NCBI GenBank assembly: GCA_000025185.1
Contig: CP001848.1
Coordinates: 3,510,001-3,542,000, forward strand
Direction: 5' to 3'
Origin: Pirellula staleyi DSM 6068
GTDB taxonomy: Bacteria; Planctomycetota; Planctomycetia; Pirellulales; Pirellulaceae
Length of the DNA: 32,000 nucleotides
Part shown: positions 6,880 to 14,966 of the stretch, one piece after another
How the letters are laid out: each line of letters opens with the position of its first letter
Position numbering within the stretch: position 1 is the stretch's first letter
Program-made: the position numbers and the translations under genes
The notes under the pieces: generated by a model
Told to the model about the DNA's origin: nothing
The model's database searches: none
Seen by the model: the letters and a program-made list of their open reading frames with translations, nothing else

Positions 6880-9186
6880 ATGAGCAAGCGAAACTGGCGT
6901 GCATGGGCAAAACTAACCGGAACCTGGGCCCTAGCTGGGGCCGTGGTGACGGGGCAACTGGTCGGTTCGGCTCTGCCGCACGTGATGGCTCAGGAAGGTG
7001 CTGCGGCGGGCGAAGGTGCTCCAGCCGCTGGACCATCGAGCGGCCCTTCGGCCCTCGGCATTCGTCAACAGCGAGTGGAGCAACTGGTCGAGGAGCTCTC
7101 GCGGAAGTTCACCAGTCTGGCGATTTCGCTCCAAGAGAAAGAGCCCGAACGAGCCGAACGCCTGAAACAAACACTCGAAGCATCGAAGAAAATGCTCCTG
7201 CAAGAGCGGACCGGCGACATCACCAAACTGCTCGACGCTGCCCAACTCGGCAATGCTACGGAAAATCAGCAGCAACTGCTGAGCGACATTCGCAAACTGA
7301 TTTCGCTGCTGCTCGACGATCCCTCCGACAAAGAAAAAGATCGCGAGGAATTCGAGCGACTGAGCGAATGGAAAAAGCAGATCGAATCGATCATCGAGTC
7401 CGAGCGTGGCGAAAAGCGCGAGTCCGATCGCGTTTCGAACAAAGAACAAACGCTTGCTGCCATGGCGGCCCGCATTGCCGCTGTCGAAGCACTTTTAGAA
7501 AAACAAAAAGCGATCCTCGAGGCGACCGAATCGGTCCGCGCGGAAGGAATTCAAAAGCTCGGCCCCATCGCGGGGCAGCAAGCCGATACCCGAGAGCAAG
7601 CCGAAGCCATTTTGAAGGATATTGCCAAAGAAGCTGGCGATCAGGTTCCGGGCGAAGGTTCCGGAGAAGCTCCCAGTGGCTCCAAACCTGGAGAAGGCAA
7701 ACCTGGGGAAGGTAAACCTGGAGAAGGTAAACCTGGAGAAGGTAAACCTGGAGAAGGTAAACCTGGAGAAGGTAAACCTGGAGAAGGTAAACCTGGAGAA
7801 GGTAAACCTGGAGAAGGTAAGCCCGGAGAAGGTAAGCCCGGAGAAGGTAAGCCCGGAGAAGGTAAGCCCGGAGAAGGTAAGCCCGGAGAAGGTAAGCCCG
7901 GAGAAGGTTCGTCCGAAGGGGCGAGTGGCGGAGAGTCGGGAGGTCAGCAGGGGGGCCAGTCGGGCGAATCGGGAAGTCCCAAGCGTCCTAAGGAAGCGGG
8001 TGAACGTCCTCTGGAAGAGGCGGTAAAGAATCAACAAGCAGCTGAGAAAAACCTCGGTGAAGGAAAAGGCAAAGCAGCCACCCAAGACGAACAGTCGGCT
8101 GTCGACAACCTGCAGCGAGCGCTTGCGGAACTCAAGAAGGAAGAGAATCGCATCGCGTCGCTTCCTCCCGAAGCTTTTGAAAAGATGGCGCAAAAACAAG
8201 ACGACATCGCTGGCCAAACGGCCAAGCTCGACGACCAAATGAAAAAGGCTGGCGAGCAAGGAGGAGGGGAGCAAGGTGGCGGTGAGTCGGGCGGGGGAGA
8301 ATCTGGCGGCGGCCAGTCGGGTGGAGGCCAATCGGGCGGTGGTGAGCAAGCTGGCGGCAAGCAGCAACCGGGACAGCAGAAGGTCCAGCAAGCTCAGCAG
8401 CAGATGAAGCAAGCTTCGGGCGATCTCCGCAAGCAACAGCCGAAGGATGCTTCGCGTCAGCAGGGGAAGGCGATTCAAACGCTCGAAGAAGCGCTCCAAG
8501 AAATTGAAGAGCGTTTGGCTCAGCTGCGCGAAGAGACCCAAATCGAAAAGCTGGCGAAGCTGGAAGCTCGTTTCCGCGAGATTTTGGCCCGTCAGGAGGT
8601 TTCATCAGCCGACACGATCGGTTTTGAGACCAAGCGACTTGAACAAGGTGGTGAACTGAAGCGAACTGATCGGTTGGCTTTGGGTAAGGTGGCAGTGGAA
8701 GAGCGTGCTTTGGCGGAATTATCGCAGCAAACGCTCGACATCATTCTCGACGATGGCAGCAGCGTGGTGTTCCCGGATGTGGTTGCCCAGCTGCGCGACG
8801 ATTTGCTCGGGGTAGCGCAGCTGACCGACAGCAAACGAACCGATGCTTACACCCAGTCGCTACAAAAAGAGATCGAGCTGACGCTCGCCGAACTCATCGA
8901 AGCACTCCAAAAAGCGCAAGAGCAAAAGGAGAGTGAAGAGGGAGGGGGCGGCGGAGGAGGAGGTGGCGGCGGTGGTGAAGAACCACTTTTGCCAGGCTCT
9001 GCTGAGCTGAAACTGTTGCGCTCGGCTCAAATGCGTGTGAATCGCCGTACACAGTCGCTCGACACCGCCCGCGATCCCAAGGGGGAACTCCCCGACGATC
9101 TCAAGAGCCAAGTGCAGCAGATTTCGAACCGACAATCCGAAATCGGCGACATGACGATTCGAATTCTCGAGCGAGCATCGCAGTAG
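6880..9186 (+). CDS. Secreted 768-aa coiled-coil protein rich in Glu/Lys/Gln, with (GEGKP)14, (GGGxS)6 and Gly12 tracts; function unknown
   Basis: ATG start. Signal-peptide-like N-terminus WAKLTGTWALAGAVVTGQLVGSALPHVMAQE. Long heptad-like helical stretches are present, for example LLSDIRKLISLLL and IEERLAQLREETQIEKLAKLEARFREIL. Three Gly-rich tracts interrupt them. The C-terminal motif is LLPGSAELKLLRSAQMRVNRRTQSLD. Confidence 0.85.
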   Translation: MSKRNWRAWAKLTGTWALAGAVVTGQLVGSALPHVMAQEGAAAGEGAPAAGPSSGPSALGIRQQRVEQLVEELSRKFTSLAISLQEKEPERAERLKQTLEASKKMLLQERTGDITKLLDAAQLGNATENQQQLLSDIRKLISLLLDDPSDKEKDREEFERLSEWKKQIESIIESERGEKRESDRVSNKEQTLAAMAARIAAVEALLEKQKAILEATESVRAEGIQKLGPIAGQQADTREQAEAILKDIAKEAGDQVPGEGSGEAPSGSKPGEGKPGEGKPGEGKPGEGKPGEGKPGEGKPGEGKPGEGKPGEGKPGEGKPGEGKPGEGKPGEGKPGEGKPGEGSSEGASGGESGGQQGGQSGESGSPKRPKEAGERPLEEAVKNQQAAEKNLGEGKGKAATQDEQSAVDNLQRALAELKKEENRIASLPPEAFEKMAQKQDDIAGQTAKLDDQMKKAGEQGGGEQGGGESGGGESGGGQSGGGQSGGGEQAGGKQQPGQQKVQQAQQQMKQASGDLRKQQPKDASRQQGKAIQTLEEALQEIEERLAQLREETQIEKLAKLEARFREILARQEVSSADTIGFETKRLEQGGELKRTDRLALGKVAVEERALAELSQQTLDIILDDGSSVVFPDVVAQLRDDLLGVAQLTDSKRTDAYTQSLQKEIELTLAELIEALQKAQEQKESEEGGGGGGGGGGGGEEPLLPGSAELKLLRSAQMRVNRRTQSLDTARDPKGELPDDLKSQVQQISNRQSEIGDMTIRILERASQ
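7690..7899 (+). repeat. Perfect in-frame 15-bp tandem repeat, 14 units, encoding (GEGKP)14. It splits into two synonymous sub-blocks.
   Basis: Units of ggagaaggtaaacct fill 7690-7809. That is 8 units; the first has ggc and the second has ggg. Units of ggagaaggtaagccc fill 7810-7899 (6 units). A degenerate unit ggagaaggttcgtcc follows at 7900. Confidence 0.97.
8260..8349 (+). repeat. Degenerate 15-bp (pentapeptide) repeat, 6 units, encoding GGG[E/Q][S/Q]
   Basis: Read in frame: ggaggaggggagcaa, ggtggcggtgagtcg, ggcgggggagaatct, ggcggcggccagtcg, ggtggaggccaatcg, ggcggtggtgagcaa. A separate Gly12 run is encoded at 8941-8976. Confidence 0.85.
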
Positions 9187-9267
9187 CGATCGTCGTCGCA
9201 AGTCGTCCAGGCATTGATTCGTGGGTGATGGTTCGGTCGTAGTAGGTCTGCAGAAGGAAATGGTGCG

Positions 9268-10425
9268 ATGAGTAAGCGAAGTTTCGCAAAACCGACGTTA
9301 GGCTCCTTCGATTCGCTATTCGCGGGGCGATTTGTCCCGAAGCTCATCGCAGCCAGTGCCCTGATGGTGATGGGGATTTTGACGCTCCGGGCTACGGCCG
9401 AAGATCCGGTTCCTGCGAAACCAACGGCCAGTGAAGCGGTGATCGACAGTTTGTCGGCCTCGCTTTCGGCGAGCAAAACGTTGCCAGCCGATAGCGTGAA
9501 GGTGGCAGTGGAATTGCTGACTGCTCTCCGGAGTGATCCGCAAGCCCAGCCCATCGCTGTGACGGAAGCGCTGCGCGAAGTTTATCCGTCGTACAAAGAA
9601 GCTTTGGTGCTGCTGGGTGATGAAAACATTCCGGCGGCCATCGACAGCCTCACGGCTCTCAAAGCTTCCGAAGATCCGTATCTCGCCGCCGACGCCAGTT
9701 ACTATTTGGCTCGCGCTTATCTGCTGAGCGAACGATTTGAAGAGTCGATGCCACTCTTGAGCGAACTGCAAACCAAATATCAATCGCAAAGCGTTCGCGC
9801 GGGGGAGGCCTTGTTCCTCCAAGGTGTCGCGGAAGCTCAGATGCTCAATCGGCCCGCTGCGCTAGAGGCGCTTACCAAGTTTCTCGAGCAACACAAAGAT
9901 GCTCCCGAGCGGATGCGTGTGGGGGCGATGCGTCAGCTGGAAGAACTGAAGTTGCTCGAAGATGGCACGCTCAGCGACGTGCAGATGCGCATGAACTACA
10001 GCCGCCGCAAACTGGCCCTTGAAGACACCGGCGAAGTGACCCGCGAACAGCAAGCGAAGATTGTCGACATCCTGGCCAAGCTCATCAAAGAAGCGGAAGA
10101 GCGAGAATCGCAGGGAAAGGGTAGCGGCAAAGGAAAAGGCAAAGGGAAGGGAAAAGGCCAAGGCAAGGGTGGCGAAGGGGAAAGTGAAGGCCAAGGCGAG
10201 GGGCAAGGAGAAGGCCAAGGTGGACAATCGGGTGGCGGCAGCAAGGGAATCGATTCCGACGCCGTGAAGCGTTTGACGCGCGGTGGTCCTCAAAGCCCGT
10301 GGAGCCAACTCCGCGACAAGGAACGCGATCCCGTCTTCAGCGCGATCAAAGAAAAGTTTCCTGCTCGCTATCAGCAGTTGATTGAACAATACTATAAGAG
10401 CTTCCAGGACGACTCCGAAGGTTAG
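9268..10425 (+). CDS. Secreted or membrane-anchored TPR-repeat protein with a (GK)n/(GEGQ)n low-complexity tract (385 aa)
   Basis: ATG start with AAGGA upstream. Hydrophobic N-terminus LIAASALMVMGILTLRATA. TPR-like helices include YYLARAYLLSERFEESMPLLSELQTKY and ALFLQGVAEAQMLNRPAALEALTKFLEQH. The Gly tract is at 10114-10248. The C-terminal motif is FPARYQQLIEQYYKSF. Confidence 0.8.
   Translation: MSKRSFAKPTLGSFDSLFAGRFVPKLIAASALMVMGILTLRATAEDPVPAKPTASEAVIDSLSASLSASKTLPADSVKVAVELLTALRSDPQAQPIAVTEALREVYPSYKEALVLLGDENIPAAIDSLTALKASEDPYLAADASYYLARAYLLSERFEESMPLLSELQTKYQSQSVRAGEALFLQGVAEAQMLNRPAALEALTKFLEQHKDAPERMRVGAMRQLEELKLLEDGTLSDVQMRMNYSRRKLALEDTGEVTREQQAKIVDILAKLIKEAEERESQGKGSGKGKGKGKGKGQGKGGEGESEGQGEGQGEGQGGQSGGGSKGIDSDAVKRLTRGGPQSPWSQLRDKERDPVFSAIKEKFPARYQQLIEQYYKSFQDDSEG
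10114..10248 (+). repeat. Low-complexity coding tract GKGSGKGKGKGKGKGQGKGGEGESEGQGEGQGEGQGGQSGGGSKG, with 6-nt and 12-nt periodicity
   Basis: Read in frame from 10114: gga aag ggt agc ggc aaa gga aaa ggc aaa ggg aag ..., then ggc caa ggc gag ggg caa gga gaa ggc caa. Confidence 0.85.
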
Positions 10426-10469
10426 TGGCTTGCACCGGCGAGCGACCTCTTTGAACATAGGCAGCGACG

Positions 10470-11798
10470 ATGAGTGGGCAACAAGCCGTGGCGACGCATT
10501 TGAGTCCCCGATTGTCGGGTGTTTTCCAGTCGAACATCGCTGCGAAACTTTCCGGATCGCCAGCTCGTCGTGTTATCGTCTCCGTGGTGGCGACCTTCAG
10601 TTTTGTGGCTACGTGTATCGGCGCTGCGAGCCATCTCCTTGCACAAGAGCCTGCATCCACCAAACCGCTGCTGAAGTTTGAAGTGCGGCTGATTTCCGGC
10701 GAGAAAATTGCCCCCGCGACACTCGAGATTGCAGCGGGACAAATCAAAAATGTTCCTCTCGCATCAGGGAGTAGGGATCTGCCGCTCGACGAGCTTTCGC
10801 GGATCACGATCAGTTCCTTGCGCGAGCCGACCAAAGCGTCGGGATCAGTTCAGGTTTATCTTCGGAATCAAGGCTTCCTCGCCGCGGAGTCGGTCACGAT
10901 TTCCGACGACGAGTTCCATCTCAAAACTGCTTTTGCCGAGTCGCTTGATCTGACGATCGATTTGGTGCGCGGAGTGGTTCTCAAGCCTGAAGCGGCCGAC
11001 GTCGTGCAGAAACTGATCAAAACCCCTTCGGCCGACAACGATCGGCTGATTGTGGCTGTCGATGACAAACTCGAAACGCTCGAAGGGCTGATCGTGAGTG
11101 TCTCGGCGACGGAAGTGAAATTCGAAATCGATGGGATGGAGAAGTCGCTCCCGTTCGACCGTCTCGCTGGAATCGTTGTGGCGCAGGCTCGTGCCGACGA
11201 TGAACCTGCTCGCCTCAAGCTCAAGCTCACAAGTGGCGAACTCGTGGCTGGCGAGTCGATGGAAGTATCGGAAGGCCTCGCCAGCTTGACGATCAGCGGC
11301 GATGCAAAACTCGAAATGCCGCTCGCTTCGATCAAAGAGATCGCCTACCGCTCATCGCAACTCGAATACCTTTCAGACCTGACGCCGAGCACAGTGTTCG
11401 AGCAGCCGGTGGTGACGCTCAAGCGTCCCTATCAAGTGGATCGAAGCGTCTCGGGAAAGCCGCTCAACATTGGGGGCACAATCTACGAGAAGGGAATCGG
11501 CGTGCATGCGATCAGCCGACTGACTTATCAAATCGAACCCGGTTTTGATCAGTTTGTGGTCGATGTGGGTCTCGATGCGGCGGCTGCCGGCAAGGGGAAT
11601 TGCATTTTTGTCGTGCTGGGGGATGGCCAGCAACTAGCGAGTGAAACGGTGCAAGGCAAAGATGCAGCACGCACGCTTCGTGTACCGATTCGCGGCGTTC
11701 GTGAGCTCACGATCGCCGTGGAGGCTGGGGAAGATCTCGATCTGGCCGATCACGCCAACTGGTGCGAAGCTCGGCTGCTGAAAGTGAAGTCCCCATAA
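10470..11798 (+). CDS. Secreted protein with four N-terminal beta-rich internal repeats and a C-terminal NPCBM (glycosyl-hydrolase-98-type carbohydrate-binding module-like) domain
   Basis: ATG start. Signal-like segment VIVSVVATFSFVATCIGAASHLLAQE. The C-terminus reads KGIGVHAISRLTYQIEPGFDQFVVDVGLDAAAAGKGNCIFVVLGDGQQL...VRELTIAVEAGEDLDLADHANWCEARLL. This matches the NPCBM pattern GIGVHA...F...VG.D....G...F.V..DG...L.L.V..........DHA.W..A.L. Confidence 0.8.
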   Translation: MSGQQAVATHLSPRLSGVFQSNIAAKLSGSPARRVIVSVVATFSFVATCIGAASHLLAQEPASTKPLLKFEVRLISGEKIAPATLEIAAGQIKNVPLASGSRDLPLDELSRITISSLREPTKASGSVQVYLRNQGFLAAESVTISDDEFHLKTAFAESLDLTIDLVRGVVLKPEAADVVQKLIKTPSADNDRLIVAVDDKLETLEGLIVSVSATEVKFEIDGMEKSLPFDRLAGIVVAQARADDEPARLKLKLTSGELVAGESMEVSEGLASLTISGDAKLEMPLASIKEIAYRSSQLEYLSDLTPSTVFEQPVVTLKRPYQVDRSVSGKPLNIGGTIYEKGIGVHAISRLTYQIEPGFDQFVVDVGLDAAAAGKGNCIFVVLGDGQQLASETVQGKDAARTLRVPIRGVRELTIAVEAGEDLDLADHANWCEARLLKVKSP

Positions 11799-11865
11799 GC
11801 CGTCGCGACTGTTCCCACTGAAGTTTTTCTACGGAATACCACAACCTCACTTACCCCAATCAGTC

Positions 11866-13935
11866 ATGCAATCTCTCTACGTTGATTGTTGGCGGAAGTC
11901 GATAGCGGTGATCGCTGTTGCGTTCACTCTCTATCCTTCAATCGTGCTGGCTCAGTTTGGCCTGGATGACCTGAAGCTCCCCACGAAGAAGCCGGAAGTC
12001 ATCAAAGCACCTGTTACTGCCGCTCCACTATCGCGCGACGAACTGCTGGCGGTCAAGCAAGCGGAAGCAGCCCGTATTGCAGCGATCCAAGGAATTTACG
12101 GCAGCGTGGTTGCGATTTACGGCAACGATCGTGGCGGTGGTGGTTCCGGTGTGCTTTACGATGCGCATGGTTTTGCGATCACGAATCATCACGTCGTCGC
12201 AGCCGCCGGTGTCGAAGGTTGGGCAGGACTCGCTGATGGCAAACTCTATCGTTGGCGTCTTTTGGGGAGCGATCCGGGTGGCGACGTCGCCATCATTCAG
12301 CTCCTCGGTCGCAACGATTTCCCTGTCGCGCCGCTGGGCAACAGCGATCAGGTGCGCGTGGGGCAGTGGGCGATGGCGATGGGAAATCCTTTCGTTTTAG
12401 CCGAAGATCAGCGTCCCACAGTTACTCTCGGCATCGTGAGTGGTGTGAAGCGTTTTCAGCCGGGCGAAGGAATGAATCAACTCGTCTATGGCAACTGCAT
12501 TCAAGTCGATAGTTCGATCAACCCCGGCAACTCCGGTGGTCCCCTCTTCAACCTCCTCGGGCAAGTGATCGGAATCAATGGACGCGGCAGTTTCGAAGAA
12601 CGTGGTCGTGTGAACGTGGGGCTCGGATATGCCATCTCGTCGAATCAAGTGAAGCTATTCTTGCCCGATCTGCTGGCCACCAAGATTGCTCAGCATGGAA
12701 CGCTCGATGCGATTTTTGGCAACCGCGAGCAGGGGGTGGTTTGCTTTACGATGAACCTCGATTCGCCGATCGCGCGGAAAGGGCTCGCGCTCGGAGATCG
12801 CATTATTTCGCTCGAAGGAGAGCGAATTAACGACGCCAATCAGCTGACCAATTTGCTGTCGACCTACCCCGCTGGTTGGCCTGTCACGGTGGTGTTCGAT
12901 CACGAAGGGACCGAGAAGAAAGCGACGGTTCGCCTCACTCCACTGCCGTATGAGCCAATCGTCAAAACTCCTTCACCGATGCCTCAGCCGAAGGATGAAG
13001 AAAAACCAGCCCCCGGCGAAGGTGAAAAGACATCGTCATCGCGTCTCACCAGAGCGCTGCTAGATGAACCATCGAGCGAGCCCAAGCCCGCTGAAGAGCC
13101 CGCCCCGAAGTCCGACGACAAGCCGTCCGAAGAAAAGAAACCGGAAGAGCCTCAAGCGCCGTCCGATCCCAAACCCAAGATTGTGGAAGTCCCGCGTCAG
13201 CCTCCGATACCTTTGAGCAATGCGGGTAAGCCTCGGGCACCGCAGATTGGTAGCGAAGTTGCCAAGCTGCTGCTGCAGCGACTGCGAGATGCCGCAACTT
13301 CGAGCCCGACTTCAGAGCCCTGGGAAGCGATTCGCCTGGAGTCGGAGATTCTCGAGAATGGAGAAGTGGTCGGACGCGAGACGATGCTCATCGCTCGCGA
13401 TGGTCGATCGATGGTCACTTACACACGTGGTCTGGTGAGTGTCACCATCGCCTTTGATGGCAAGGTCTACCGCATGCAAAGCGGCGCGGAAGCTCCCCGC
13501 GAAGTGAGCTTTTCTCGAGCCTTTCGTGATTCACACTTTGCTTCGTCGGTGGCGCTGGCCACGCTCGTCAACACCTCCAATGATCCCCGTTTCGAAAAGG
13601 TCGCCCACGAAGGTTCCGATAAGGCCGCAGCTACGCTCGCGCACCGCCTGAGCATCGCCGCCGACGATAGCGAGTCGCTCTACTTCTACCTCAAGGTGCT
13701 GGCAGACAACGGCACTCCCACCAGTGGACTGCTCAAGACCAGTGTCGGTACGAGCGATGAAGAGCCGATTCCTTCGATGCTTTACCGAGACGAAAAGGCC
13801 ATTGCATCGGTTCGGCTTCCGCACGAGCGGGTTCTCGTACGAGGACTCGATGAGCAAGTGCTGGCCACGATTCGTACCACTAGTGCCGAAACTGTTGCGA
13901 AGGTCGAGGAGGGTTCGTTCGATGTCACTCCTTAG
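11866..13935 (+). CDS. HtrA/DegP-like (S1C) trypsin-fold serine protease with a PDZ domain, a Pro/Glu/Lys linker and a C-terminal domain of about 230 aa with unknown function. The catalytic triad is intact.
   Basis: Signal peptide IAVIAVAFTLYPSIVLAQ. His motif GSGVLYDAHGFAITNHHVV, with His at 12190-12192. Asp motif GGDVAIIQL, with Asp at 12283-12285. Ser motif NPGNSGGPLFN, with Ser at 12532-12534. PDZ-like segment GLALGDRIISLEGERINDANQL. Confidence 0.9.
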   Translation: MQSLYVDCWRKSIAVIAVAFTLYPSIVLAQFGLDDLKLPTKKPEVIKAPVTAAPLSRDELLAVKQAEAARIAAIQGIYGSVVAIYGNDRGGGGSGVLYDAHGFAITNHHVVAAAGVEGWAGLADGKLYRWRLLGSDPGGDVAIIQLLGRNDFPVAPLGNSDQVRVGQWAMAMGNPFVLAEDQRPTVTLGIVSGVKRFQPGEGMNQLVYGNCIQVDSSINPGNSGGPLFNLLGQVIGINGRGSFEERGRVNVGLGYAISSNQVKLFLPDLLATKIAQHGTLDAIFGNREQGVVCFTMNLDSPIARKGLALGDRIISLEGERINDANQLTNLLSTYPAGWPVTVVFDHEGTEKKATVRLTPLPYEPIVKTPSPMPQPKDEEKPAPGEGEKTSSSRLTRALLDEPSSEPKPAEEPAPKSDDKPSEEKKPEEPQAPSDPKPKIVEVPRQPPIPLSNAGKPRAPQIGSEVAKLLLQRLRDAATSSPTSEPWEAIRLESEILENGEVVGRETMLIARDGRSMVTYTRGLVSVTIAFDGKVYRMQSGAEAPREVSFSRAFRDSHFASSVALATLVNTSNDPRFEKVAHEGSDKAAATLAHRLSIAADDSESLYFYLKVLADNGTPTSGLLKTSVGTSDEEPIPSMLYRDEKAIASVRLPHERVLVRGLDEQVLATIRTTSAETVAKVEEGSFDVTP

Positions 13936-14959
13936 TCGAAAACTGGCGACTTCACTCTTTGTGCTAGGTGCGATCGCAAGTTTCGCAGGGATATCCCCCA
14001 TGTCTCTCGTGGCTGCTGATGCGGCGGCTGAAGTGGGAGAGGAATTCGCCGCTGGGGTCGCTTTTGCTCAGCAGCGAACGGTCAAAATTTATGGTGGTGG
14101 CATTGGCAGAACTCCAGGCTATGCCAGCGGAATCATTGTTTCTTCGGAAGGGGAAATTGTGACCGCCAGTGGCGCGCTGCTCGCCGCGGATAGCTTGCGA
14201 GTGACGCTTCCCAATGGGCAAACTTTTCCCGCTCAAGTACTCCGCCGTAGTTTGCCACTCCAGCTCGTGATGCTCAAAATCGATGCCTCCACACCCGAGT
14301 ATTTCGATTTGAAAGCAGCCTCGACAATCGAAACCGGGGATTGGGTGCTCGCCGTCAGTAATGCCTTCAAAGTGGCTGAAGGCGCGGAACCCTTGAGTGT
14401 GAATATCGGCGTCCTTTCGCTACGCACGAAGCTGACAGCTCGTCGCGGCTATGTCGATTTTCCGTACGAAGATGAAGTGTTTTTGATCGATGCCATCACT
14501 AGTAATCCAGGAGCAGCCGGTGGAGCTGTCGTTGATGTCGAGGGGAAAGTCGTCGGCATGATTGGCAAGGTGATCGAGAGCAAGAACACCGGAACCCGTC
14601 TGAATTATGCTGTGCCTGCCGATCTGATTGCAGCCTTCGCAAGTGGACAAGAGACATCGCCTGCCGCCGATCCGGCACCTTCCTCGAACGAAAAAGGTGA
14701 GCTGGGAATCCGCCTCTTTGCACTCGGGGGTCGTAAGGGACCGGCTTACGTCGATCGAGTTCTTCCGGGATCTCCCGCTGCTGAAGCGGGTGTGAAAGTC
14801 GATGATCTTGTGGTGGCGATTAATGGCGATGTGGTGCGCGATAGCTCCGATTTTCAGAAGCTCATCAGTGGCATCGCGGCGGGTAGCGAAGTGACGATTG
14901 ACGTGAAGCGTCGCAATGAACTCTTGCAGCTGCGAGTTACTGCAGCCCCGATGAGGTAG
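13922..14959 (+). CDS. HtrA-like trypsin-fold + PDZ protein lacking all three catalytic residues (predicted pseudoprotease, 345 aa)
   Basis: The likely start is the ATG at 13922 (MSLLSRKLATSLFVLGAIASFAGISPMSLVAADA, signal-like). It overlaps the upstream stop by 14 nt. The track ORF start at 13724 lies inside the upstream gene. Fold motifs are kept: ASGIIVSSEGEIVT, GDWVLAVSN, VDVEGKVVGMIG. The triad positions are changed: TASGAL in place of TNxHVV (Gly at 14171-14173), QLVMLKI in place of DxAxxx (Gln at 14261-14263), and GAAGGA in place of GNSGGP (Ala at 14516-14518). PDZ-like segment GSPAAEAGVKVDDLVVAINGDVV. Confidence 0.85.
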   Translation: MSLLSRKLATSLFVLGAIASFAGISPMSLVAADAAAEVGEEFAAGVAFAQQRTVKIYGGGIGRTPGYASGIIVSSEGEIVTASGALLAADSLRVTLPNGQTFPAQVLRRSLPLQLVMLKIDASTPEYFDLKAASTIETGDWVLAVSNAFKVAEGAEPLSVNIGVLSLRTKLTARRGYVDFPYEDEVFLIDAITSNPGAAGGAVVDVEGKVVGMIGKVIESKNTGTRLNYAVPADLIAAFASGQETSPAADPAPSSNEKGELGIRLFALGGRKGPAYVDRVLPGSPAAEAGVKVDDLVVAINGDVVRDSSDFQKLISGIAAGSEVTIDVKRRNELLQLRVTAAPMR

Positions 14960-14966
14960 TCTTTCG

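Noticed and set aside
6750-7715. A 321-aa Arg-rich plus-strand ORF overlapping the start of the 768-aa gene in another frame.
   Set aside because: The composition is extreme in Arg/Gly/Ser and there are no motifs. It is an out-of-frame reading of a well-supported coiled-coil CDS.
7690-7899. The tandem repeat as a CRISPR array or as a collagen-like triple helix.
   Set aside because: Units are 15 bp, directly abutting with no spacers, and lie in frame inside a CDS, so this is not CRISPR. GEGKP puts Gly at positions 1 and 3 of a 5-residue period rather than every third residue, so it is not a Gly-X-Y collagen repeat.
13724-13921. 5' extensions of track ORFs: 13724-13921 (pseudoprotease), 16395-16529 (pyc), 26269-26373 (DUF1553 protein), 2706-2735 (exbD) and 4547-4621.
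   Set aside because: The extensions either overlap the preceding gene, add residues ahead of a clear signal peptide or canonical N-terminus, or begin at TTG. Internal ATG starts give family-typical N-termini.
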